A DNA stretch of 62,957 nt, the filler included, from Choristocarpus tenellus KU-1152 (Eukaryota; Protista; Phaeophyceae): the NCBI GenBank assembly GCA_964200185.2. It is 9 parts of 9 records of this genome, joined end to end, with 100 filler letters (N's around TTAATTAATTAA, not from the genome) between each part and the next. Parts side by side here need not be neighbours in the genome. Positions count along the whole stretch, not along the records: positions 30,874 to 51,262 come from CAXNAD020000398.1; positions 51,363 to 54,536 come from CAXNAD020021780.1; positions 54,637 to 58,652 come from CAXNAD020016654.1; positions 58,753 to 62,957 come from CAXNAD020015713.1; 5 more parts are not named here. One strand, 5' to 3'. Position numbers and translations under genes: made by a program. This document shows positions 50,747 to 60,286 of the stretch, piece by piece (the stretch's first letter is position 1; each line of letters starts with the position of its first letter). The notes beneath the pieces were generated by a model that saw only the letters and a program-made list of their open reading frames with translations, was not told the DNA's origin and searched no databases.

Positions 50747-50859
50747 TTACAGATGTGTCAGGGGGAAAATCAACAATAGCTATTGACATGTCAGAATAAA
50801 CCCTAAAAAAGTAGCACTTGTCATAAATGTTAAAAACATTAATCTATCTACTATTTTAC

Positions 50860-51262
50860 TACCAGGTACGCCACACACCCCTCCCTTCCTGTGCCTCTAA
50901 CCTAGCCTAGTCCTGCCCCCAGGGTGAGGGGCTAGGGAGGCACCTCACGAATCCAACAAGCTCCTCCTTGCCCATCTCCCTTGTGCTTCCAGCTTAAAGC
51001 GCATGACCCGTCAGGATAGGGCTACCTGTGTTGTGACAGAAACTCTATGTCTTAGACGGGATTTGACAGCCCCCTTCCTGTTATAATAACATCCTGTCCC
51101 TCTCCCCCCTACCACGTGCGTAGCTAGCTCATTCAGAAAACTTTCCGCTTGCTTGCCGAGGGACCCACCACAAAGGTGTTGTAGATATAACTACGAGGGT
51201 AAAAAGAGCCCCTGTAGTGGGTGCGCTTTCGCACCTCAGCTGCAGCAGCAGCTACACCATTG
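50860..51262 (-). mobile_element. 3' end of a CRE-like non-LTR retrotransposon (restriction-like endonuclease C-terminus)
   Basis: Frameshifted minus-strand peptides AAAAAEVRKRTHYRGSF, LGKQAESFLNELATHVVGG and KGAVKSRLRHRVSVTTQVALS. Confidence 0.7.
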
Positions 51263-51362
51263 NNNNNNNNNNNNNNNNNNNNNNNNNNNNNNNNNNNNNN
51301 NNNNNNTTAATTAATTAANNNNNNNNNNNNNNNNNNNNNNNNNNNNNNNNNNNNNNNNNNNN

Positions 51363-51478
51363 GTGTCCGAAACATAGATATTGACACTTCCAAACAAACA
51401 CGATAGCTAAAATTACATCAAAATCACAATATTGTATTTTGACCCCCAAATGGATGCGACTCTACCCTCTAAGATACA
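51363..51478 (-). mobile_element. MITE family A fragment at a contig start
   Basis: TTGACACTTCC...CCCCCAAATGGATGCGACTCTACCCTCTAAGATAC. Confidence 0.88.
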
Positions 51479-52494
51479 TTATCATTTCACATTGAGATAA
51501 CACACCGTTGACTACTTCCTTTAATGTATGATGCCTGACACTCATGAAGGGAATAATCAAAGTGAGATACACAGCATAGTTGACGACTTGTGCACCAGAA
51601 GTCCTGTATGTGCATGAGCGCCATCTATAGGCTTGTGGAATGGAGCTATACATCCTGTGGTGGTAAGCTTTGGAGGGTGCTGTAACATGGAGGTCCTCTA
51701 TCTTGTCTCTTCAAAATGGAGAGAAACCTTGCTTACCACATGTATGTTGTCAGCTCTCTCGAATGTTATGGACTCGTCTCCCTCTCCACTTCTCTTCAAT
51801 GGAAGGTTCTGCGTCGTCGCATCTGTGGCTCACCATTAGCGAGGAACGGAGCTTGAGCATCAATGAGCCGTGTTGGAGTGTGTCTTCAGTGTCTCTTTAC
51901 GACCTTGGGGCTAGGCGATAGTTCGTACCGGCTTAGTGTGTCCACCGGGTCGCACCAATGACCTGAGCCCTAGACCATAATCTTGAGACCTTGAGATTAT
52001 GCATGGGGGTACTGTTTGCATTAATGTTGTGTGTTACGGATGTCTCGATTGTCTTTAGAGTAGATTCCGCCTGTTTCACATACTCTTGTCGTCCGTTGGT
52101 GCCCTCACTGCTTATTTTCATTCTCCTACGTTGCAATCATTGCTTTCAGGTACAGGAGTAACCGGCAGTTCGATCAGTTACAACTCAATCACGGGTGGCT
52201 AAGGGAGCAAGATGTGCTTTGTATGTGACCCACATGTACCTGCGTCAAGAGGTCATGGAAGACGAAGGAATTGAAACTTGGTGCTGAGGAAAAGCTTTTG
52301 ATTTCAGGTCACCGTATTGGACGGCACCTTTCAAAAACGCAGAATTGGGAGGAACTCAACAGGAAAATGATTTGCTTATGCGCAAGGAGGGTCAGGTATG
52401 AGATGAGAAGAACGGATTTGGGACCATTTTATTGTCAGTTAAATTAGAGATATATGCCTTGTAACTATTGAACCAGACCCTCAGGAGGAAAAAG

Positions 52495-53305
52495 TGTGCG
52501 CTCTGATTATCCTAGATGCAAAATGAGTGTAATTGTATCCTCTTACTTTTAGGAGGGATTTTCCAAAGGAAGCAAGATACACATTGATAACAGCTGTGAT
52601 TGGGAAGATCGGAACTGGAGACCCATTATTTGTTGGCCAAGTCAGATATTGCTTTGCAATATTTGATCCACCCCTTCAAAAGTAATAAGTGTATACTTAG
52701 ATTAGTCTAGATGCAAACTGACTGTGATTGTATCCTGCTGATTTTAGGACGGACACTCCCAAAGGAATCAATTGTACAATTGATCACACTTATGATTGGG
52801 AAGATCAGAACTGGGGACCGGTTATTTGCCGGCCATGTCAGAGATGTATGTTTTGTACCTTTTGGACCACACCTTCAAAATGAACAGCCGTTTACTCTGA
52901 TTAGGGAAAATGCGAACTGGCTGAGATTGTATCCTGTGACGTTTAGGACGGACACTTCCAAAGGAAACAAGGATATACATCAATCGCATTTGTGATTCGG
53001 GAGATTGCAACCGGGGCACCATTAATTCTATGCCATGTCAGAGATGTATGCTTGGTAACTTTTGAACTAACCACTCCTTCAAAAGAAAAGGTGTATACTC
53101 GGATTAGGTCAGATGCAAACAGACTCTGATGTGGCCTTTGGGACAGATTCTCCCGAAGAGAACAAGGATATCTGCTGGTCTATTGAGGGCCTAGCAGGAG
53201 ATCTATATTTTTGTTAAGTATATACTCTGATTAGGTCAAACATGAACCGACTCTGACTGTGTCTTGTGACTTAGTGAAATTCATCCTCAAATGAAACAAA
53301 GGGAT
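52495..53305. repeat. Degenerate tandem repeat, ~197-bp unit, about 4 copies
   Basis: TACTCTGATTAG..AGATGCAAA..TTGTATCCT..CCAAAGGAA..TGATTGGGAAGATC..CCTTCAAAA recurs near 52498, 52693, 52892, 53096 and 53223. Confidence 0.85.
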
Positions 53306-54462
53306 ATGTCGATCATTGTTGGAAACAACTGGTTTATTTGGGACTGGATTCCCTATGTTGGAAGCAACTGGAAAATTGAATCTGGAAGTCCCTGTGAAAC
53401 CGATTTGGGATCTAATTCTTCTAGAACTTTCGGCTTGTCATCCAATGGCAACCAACAAATACTGAAGGAGCACGATTAAGGTGATAGATGATATCTATTA
53501 TCTTAAGCCTTGACAATCACCTGTGGTATGTGTGAAACGTGTATGCCTAGTTCGTGCTGAGGAACATGTTACAGTCAAATATCATGTCTGCTTTTGCGCT
53601 CTAACCAGCGTGAGCAGGCTTGCTATGACATTCCCTATTTTTCTGTTATTGTTAGACACTTTTGTCTGTCTTTGTTGGGACGTTATTCTTATTCTTGTCC
53701 TGTAGTTGTTGGTGTTTATAGTTGTGAAGGAGGAGAGTCTTGCTGTGACACTCCCTATTTTAATTTTTTTGTAAGACATTTGTATTTAGTCATTTGTTCA
53801 TAGTTCCCAGGGAGGGTAAGCCTTTCCACGGCAGTACCGTAGTTCAGTGCTACTATGATATTGTGTCTGTATTTGTGTTGGTAGTTTTGAAGTGGTAGAG
53901 TGTTTCTATAACATCCTACTATTTATTTTTTGAGAAGTTTGTCTTCATCTGTTTGTATGTTTGTAGTCCTCAAGGAGTGTGAGGCTTTCTCTGGCAGCAT
54001 ACTCTTTCTCTATGATTGTGGGACATTATTTTTGTGTTTGTGTTTCTTTGTGTTCCATGGTTTTGAAATGGGGAGTCCTTTTGGAACAGTACCCTATTTT
54101 TGACACAAGTGTGAGACTCTGGTGTAACAGGCTTTCTCTTGGACGTTGAGTCAAATGCAGAGTAAGTGCTGTAAGATGCAAGTGTCACGCTAGCATATCT
54201 GTCGTCAGGGGAAATGTTGGAAGGATGTTTTTCCTCCAGGTTTCCTCCTTCGCTGGATCTTCATCGCTGCCTACTGATATGTAAGGACCTGGCAGTGACA
54301 TTCATTTCATTTCTGCTACGTTCATGATAGGATGAGGAATACCATTTTATTTCCTTATTCTTTGTGTTTGAAGCATAATATACTTCATGCTAGGGGGACA
54401 TGTTACAGGCGATATGTCTTCATAGCAGTTTGAAGTCCTAGATTTAAAATATTTGTACTATT

Positions 54463-54536
54463 GAGTGAAAGTATCTTAGAGGGTACGAGTTTTGCCCTGT
54501 TTGTCCATTTGGGGCTTGGCTTTCAATGGTTTTTTT
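54463..54536 (-). mobile_element. MITE family A end at a contig break
   Basis: ATT followed by GAGTGAAAGTATCTTAGAGGGTACGAG. Confidence 0.9.
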
Positions 54537-54689
54537 NNNNNNNNNNNNNNNNNNNNNNNNNNNNNNNNNNNNNNNNNNNNTTAATTAATTAANNNNNNNN
54601 NNNNNNNNNNNNNNNNNNNNNNNNNNNNNNNNNNNNGCGTTACTGCTGTTGTGCAGACAGCGGTGGATACATTGGCTTGTGTTGGGTGG

Positions 54690-54853
54690 TGGGCGCGGGA
54701 TGCTCTTCACCAGGGTGTCCATTGGGGCCAAAATCCGGAAAAGTGCATTTACATTGTCCATTGGACGTATGCAACCAAATCACCCAAGAATCATGACATG
54801 AAAAAATTGACTCCATATGGACAGCCTCCACCCCCCCCCAGATACTTTGGGCC
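54690..54853. mobile_element. MITE family B, left TIR degraded
   Basis: CCAGGGTGTCCATTGGGGCC...GCAACCAAATCACC...CCCCAGATACTTTGGGCC. Confidence 0.85.
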
Positions 54854-54879
54854 TTTTCCCCTAGTAGTATACCATGCGC

Positions 54880-55720
54880 CTACATCTTTCTACTTTGCAG
54901 ATAATGTAAAATGTAGATCAGGACACGATTTTGGTTGTGAGGAGGCATCAGGGGTATTGCACATTAAAAGAAAGATTGAGGTTTTTGTCAAGGCTAGAGT
55001 GATTCAACCTAGGAAACAGGGAGGGTGAGGGAGGATGATATTTGCAGCCAGTACTATCAAACAAAGACAGCCTTGTGCTGGAAGTATATGAAACCTGGCC
55101 ACAACTGTGCCTCCTTATCCTCCTTAACAATGATGAATTGGGTTTTCAGCAACATGGAAAATATTGGAGTTATGGTGCAATGGCGAGGAGGCTCATTGGG
55201 CACCGGTGTGTGTACAAATTATTTCATCCAATATATTTGCAGTAGAGCTGAGAAGAAGATGAACTTGAGGAGCACAGAACGAAATATTTCGCCAGTAGAA
55301 AAGTCCACACATAATACCGAGCCTATGGATGCCTTCTTCTTGCCAACCTCCTCACTCCACTTTACCTCAGCACGGCTCACAGCTAGGTGGTGTGTTCTGT
55401 GCAGCCTTCTATTTGTTTGAATATACCCAGAACACAACTGTGAGGAAAAGAGCTATTGTTGGGAGGCGGTCCACTCTTAGTGCTGCTGTGTGCCACATGA
55501 AATGCTCAGAAAAAAAAATGAAGTATCATCAAGGTTTATTGATACTGTGTGCATCTCACCTCGGCCTCGAAAGCCGTCCATCCCATTTGTGTGCTCCCAC
55601 TGCCAGGGATAGAGTTGGGTGGAAGGTTGAAGCTGATTCAGCAATATCTTCTTCAGTTGTGGGGATAAATTTGTAGGGCAATACAATATTTTTGAAGGAT
55701 TTCTTGGAGGATACCTTTCC
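54880..55720 (+). pseudogene. Decayed Cys-rich coding relic, possibly a CxC/KDZ-type transposon ORF
   Basis: Cys-containing fragments (VKCRSGHDFGC, REDDICSQYYQTKTALCWK) with many frameshifts. Family resemblance only. Confidence 0.2.
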
Positions 55721-55799
55721 TATTGTGTCTCTAGTGGATGAAGCAGATCTCGGTCTAGAACCATGCCTTTATTGTAAAAAAACTGTGTCGCTAACTTAG

Positions 55800-57010
55800 T
55801 CCAGCAGGCGATGTAGGAGGAAGTCTTACCAACCTGCTCCTCCATTGTCACCCATTTGAACTTTTTCTGTCACAGGTTGATTATGTCTGCAGCCTATTTG
55901 CATAAGGGATTTGCATATGCTATGACTCACCTTTGTTGAAAAATAAGACCTCCGTACTCTAGTGCCGCAACAATAAGTCAAAATATGTGATTGTGGAATG
56001 TTCAACATGAACGCGGGGATTATCCAGATGTTTCATTACCTTGCAAACATATTGAAGGCCTCCAGGGATTTGAACATATTCCCGTCAGTGCCTCCGCCAA
56101 CCTGAGAGGACAGTGGTGGTTACAGGAGCAACTAGGATAAGGACATTTGAATGTTTCAATATTGCAATATGTGAAAGATCCATTGAAACATCTTAGATGA
56201 TCCGCATCATCCTGAGCCAAGATGGATCCGCTGGGGGTAGGACTCACAAGAGCTGACACCAACAAGCCACTTCCACTGGTAGAGTCAACATGATCAAATT
56301 CAAACACCTGAAAGAGCCTTGGAATTTTGCAGCAGCTGTGGTACTATGGAGGAGCAAGATCACAAGCAACTTCTGCTGCTGAGTAGTGACATTTCTCAAG
56401 TAGAACTGTGCCCAACATCAAGTACAAGTACCAAGTGCGAATGAAACCTTTGGACCTAGTAGACTGTACCAGAGATTTTCTACGGTGCTCAGCATCAGCA
56501 TTATGAACCTAAAAAATGCAGCATGTACGCGATACAGTAGTAGATGTGGTGTGTGTGGCATTACTTGGCCAAAAATCAGATTACACATTGTCTGGAATAC
56601 TTGCATTCTTCGTATTGCACAGGAAGCAGTACAGCTGACAGTAGACTCTGGAAAAGGAAGCAGGCTTCAAAACAATAGGCCTGATTTACTCCAGAATGGA
56701 ACAATAAAAACACATTTCTTCTTCCTTGCGAGGGATAAATGCACAAAATAAAACCTTCCTTGACCTTGGCCTTGATTTTCTCAAGGATGAGGAGATCCAC
56801 CACCTCCTTTTGCGAGTCCGTTAGCTTTGCTTTATGCAATCGATTGCGATGCTTCAGCAAGTGGGCCTGCGGGATTAAGCACAGCTGGTTGCTAGGAATG
56901 TCAAAGGTTTCAGTGCATCAATTTCAGCTGTCATTCTCATTTTCAGGCAAGGATACACCAGATGACCTCCATGTCCGTGAGGACTTGTTTCATGCATTAA
57001 TGTTCGATGT
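55800..57010 (-). mobile_element. Decayed hAT-like transposase
   Basis: NVTTQQQKLLVILL...PRLFQVFEFDHVDSTSGSGLL...HHCPLRLAEA follows the hAT motif order DxSxxxQL, TG and CxxH-RL. Confidence 0.4.
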
Positions 57011-57113
57011 ACATTGAAAAAATACCCTGACTCTACACATTACCTTCAATGAGCCCAGAGGAGAGGGCGTACAGAATACCTCCCAACTCGCTTCCCACAT
57101 TGACAATTCTGTT

Positions 57114-57292
57114 GGCTCAAAGTATCTGGGAGGGGGTGACGGCTGTCCATTTGGGGTCAATTTTTTCATGTCGCAATTTTTGGGTTCTTTGGTTCCATAT
57201 GTCGGATGGATACTGTAAATGTACTTTTTCTTATTTTGGCCCAAATGGACACCCTGGTGTAGACCCCCCCCCCCTCCCAGATACTTTGGGTC
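57114..57292. mobile_element. MITE family B, complete (179 bp)
   Basis: GGCTCAAAGTATCTGGGAGGGGG...CCCCTCCCAGATACTTTGGGTC. Confidence 0.93.
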
Positions 57293-57722
57293 TTATCAAA
57301 TGCGGATTCTGTTGGTTTCTATGGTCTCCCTTGAACGGAGTGTTTGACTTCATATCCTGTAGTACGTTAAAGGAGATCAGGCCTACGAGCTAGGCATATT
57401 GTGTAATAATCGCAAATGTGATGCCTAGGTACAACGTCACTTCAAAATAAGGTAACAAACTCTAAGAAAAAATTAACAATATTTTCATGTGGTATGGAGA
57501 AATATATATTGAATGTCTGTGGCGCGTGTACTATATATATGCCAGGTTTTTATGTAACTTTTCCTCTACATAGTCATCCTGTTTTCCGAAACCTCGTGAC
57601 GGGATACCTTCTGCATAGTAAGCACATTTCCTTGTAAGGTTTTGATTTTGGAAGGTGGATATGATCTATGTTCGAATCATCTTGTAGTAGCTGCTGAAGC
57701 AACTTCACTTGATTGTTTGAGA

Positions 57723-57980
57723 GAGTGAAAGTATCTTAGAGGGTTCGAACTTTCCCTGTTTGTCCATTTGGGACTTGGCTTCCCACGGGTTTTTAATGAC
57801 ATTTTAGCTACTCCAAAACATTTTGGAGTAGGCAAAGTGTTTATGTTATGACAAGTAGTGTCCAGACAAGGATATTGACATCTCCTTAACAAACACTATA
57901 GCCAAAAATAAATCAAAATTGCATCATTGGAGTTTGGTCCCTAAATGGACGCGGCTCTACCCTCTAAGATAATTTGACTC
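57723..57980 (-). mobile_element. MITE family A, complete, TSD AGA
   Basis: GAGTGAAAGTATCTTAGAGGGT...ACCCTCTAAGATAATTTGACTC flanked by AGA on both sides. Confidence 0.94.
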
Positions 57981-58095
57981 AGAGGATTACTGGGTAAGCA
58001 GGCACTCAGGTTTATAGGGGTACCCCATACATATTTGCTATTGTTGTTCAACTTGTTCCGTTTGTATATCTAAATTTATTATAACTACTTTTATT

Positions 58096-58139
58096 TTAGG
58101 GTCAGGGTTAGGGTTAGGTCTAGGGTTGGGGTTGGTTAG
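58096..58139 (+). repeat. Degenerate interstitial TTAGGG tract
   Basis: TTAGGG TCAGGG TTAGGG TTAGGT CTAGGG TTGGGG. Confidence 0.75.
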
Positions 58140-58582
58140 AACAATTCATATTAATGGAGATGCCCGTTTAAACTGAGGCCATTTTGTGCCCAATGAACCT
58201 CCTCCCGCATTAGCCTTTGCCACCCAAATACAGTCACCTATTCAAAAAAGGGTTGCGTACAGGTTTATAAATGATTAGTCCACCCACCCACCCGTTCTAC
58301 AACTATATACATATATTGATATAATCCAGGGTATGGTACTGTTCTATTTTCGCCAAACACAGCTAAAGGCTATTGATTGACTCTAACATATTTTTAATGT
58401 TGACACAGCAGGTTTACCGGAATTGGGATCTGTACTACCTCTGTACCACAAGTTTGTGCCGCGAAACATCTGGGTTCGCCGAGCGAGAACGGCACCGAAT
58501 CGGACCACAACCCCACAGAATGAAATCGGGTTGCTAACCTCAGCTTTCAGAAAAGGTGGGAGGTCGATCATTATCAGGTACA

Positions 58583-58652
58583 TGTTCGATTAGACTCTTC
58601 CAACTCTATCGGACAGTTACGGTATATTATTTATGGAGTAATGGAACAATCA
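58583..58652 (+). repeat. Start of a Copia LTR (family of 15015-15284) at a contig end
   Basis: Near-identical to the reverse complement of 15214-15284. Confidence 0.85.
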
Positions 58653-58789
58653 NNNNNNNNNNNNNNNNNNNNNNNNNNNNNNNNNNNNNNNNNNNNTTAA
58701 TTAATTAANNNNNNNNNNNNNNNNNNNNNNNNNNNNNNNNNNNNNNNNNNNNCAGCTCTGCTGATTGTTCCTCCCCCTCCCCTACACAG

Positions 58790-60286
58790 TTTAATTCCTT
58801 GCCAGGACCTCCAAGAGCTGCAACCCCTATGGAAGAGGAAGAGGGAAGTGGCAGTGACGATGACAATGACAATGACAGTAGTAGTGCAGGCGATACAGAA
58901 GGGCGCTCAACAGAGGAGGGAGCTGATATTTTTGTCTCATCCCCAGCCTCTGCTCCTGCAGCTGCACCTGTACGCACACCTACACCCTCAGTTGGGTACA
59001 TGCCAATGTTTGGGGCAGGAGGACACCCTGCGGCCTATGGGCACCACAGATTCTCAGGCAATAGTGCAGGCACAGGTCCTGCGAGCAGCTTATGGGGTAC
59101 AGTTGGAGGTGATGTTCCTTCCCGAGTGTCTGCTGACTTCAACCCATACAACCCGTATGGGTATCCAGGTGGGCCGGGATACCCCTCATCATCAGGTGGT
59201 GGAGGTGGCAGTAGTGGCGTTGGTAACCAAGGGGGCTACCCTGGTCATGCTGGGAGTTCTGGGCACACAGCAGCAATGGCGGCTCAAGCTGCGGTAGTGG
59301 CTGCACACCATGCTCAGCAGCAGCGTCATCATCAAGGAGGACACCACCGTGGGACCAACCCATCCCTGCCCCACTATCCAGGACTTTCCCTGGGAGGTAT
59401 GATGGGGTATTCCCCTTACAGTGCTCCCCACCCTGCGTACTTTTATAGTCAGCCAGCACCTGGGGCAAACACGACTGCGCCTACTGCCAATACTGCTGCG
59501 GTTCTAACCCCAACTGCTTGCTCCCCTGATGAGGACGGAGTAGAGGATTTGGAGGAAGGTGATGCTGAGAGAGACCTTGATGCAAGTGGTCGGACTAAGG
59601 TTACTCTGACAGGTAATGCCCCAATCGGAGGTTGTGGTAAAGGCGGTATTGGAAGGGAAGGTTATAGCATGAGTGGGGACTCACGAAGCCTGTCAATGCA
59701 AGGACAGCAGTCATCACCACAAGTGCCAACTCAGCGGCAAACACCATCGGCCTCCTCAACAGGTAGTGTGGGTTATCATAATGGAGTTTTAGACTATGTG
59801 CAAGTGCACGCTCATGCACATGCTGCATACATGCAGCAACATCAGGCAGTAGCAGCTGCTGCTGCTGCAGCAGCAGCGAATGCTGCATCTTCAACTGCAG
59901 CTGGTGGGAGTGGAGGGGCTAGGGATGTTGGGCACAATGGTCGCAGGCAAAGATTGGAAGGGCATGAAGGTGTTGAACATGGGCGTTCGCACATGACACC
60001 ATCCATGTTCCCTCCTAGCAGCCTCATATCCCATGTGCCAACTCTTGAAGGATTCCCTCAGCGCATTGGTGGGAGTTCACGGTATACTAGGACACGCTTG
60101 CCCTCTAACTATGATTTCACTCATGTTGTAGGGCAGGCCATACCACCTAGCGGAGGTGCTGTTCTGGGCACTGATGTTGGTGGCAATAACATAGCAAGGC
60201 ATGGTTCGGCGACTGATGAGGAAGCTGTGACAGGAGTAAGTGCAGGTGCACCGATCTCAGCCGCTGACTTTGAAGGCCTGTTCTGA
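58790..60286 (+). CDS. Large terminal exon of a host gene; Gly/Ala/His/Ser/Gln-rich, probably disordered
   Basis: Uninterrupted ~497-codon frame after a polypyrimidine acceptor (CCTCCCCCTCCCCTACACAG), with poly-Ala and poly-Gly runs and an acidic/aromatic end (ADFEGLF). Upstream exons are off-contig. Confidence 0.8.
   Translation, partial: FNSLPGPPRAATPMEEEEGSGSDDDNDNDSSSAGDTEGRSTEEGADIFVSSPASAPAAAPVRTPTPSVGYMPMFGAGGHPAAYGHHRFSGNSAGTGPASSLWGTVGGDVPSRVSADFNPYNPYGYPGGPGYPSSSGGGGGSSGVGNQGGYPGHAGSSGHTAAMAAQAAVVAAHHAQQQRHHQGGHHRGTNPSLPHYPGLSLGGMMGYSPYSAPHPAYFYSQPAPGANTTAPTANTAAVLTPTACSPDEDGVEDLEEGDAERDLDASGRTKVTLTGNAPIGGCGKGGIGREGYSMSGDSRSLSMQGQQSSPQVPTQRQTPSASSTGSVGYHNGVLDYVQVHAHAHAAYMQQHQAVAAAAAAAAANAASSTAAGGSGGARDVGHNGRRQRLEGHEGVEHGRSHMTPSMFPPSSLISHVPTLEGFPQRIGGSSRYTRTRLPSNYDFTHVVGQAIPPSGGAVLGTDVGGNNIARHGSATDEEAVTGVSAGAPISAADFEGLF

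Noticed and set aside
55800-57010. hAT relic as the autonomous partner of the MITEs
   Set aside because: hAT elements make 8-bp TSDs, whereas the MITE-A TSDs are 3 bp.
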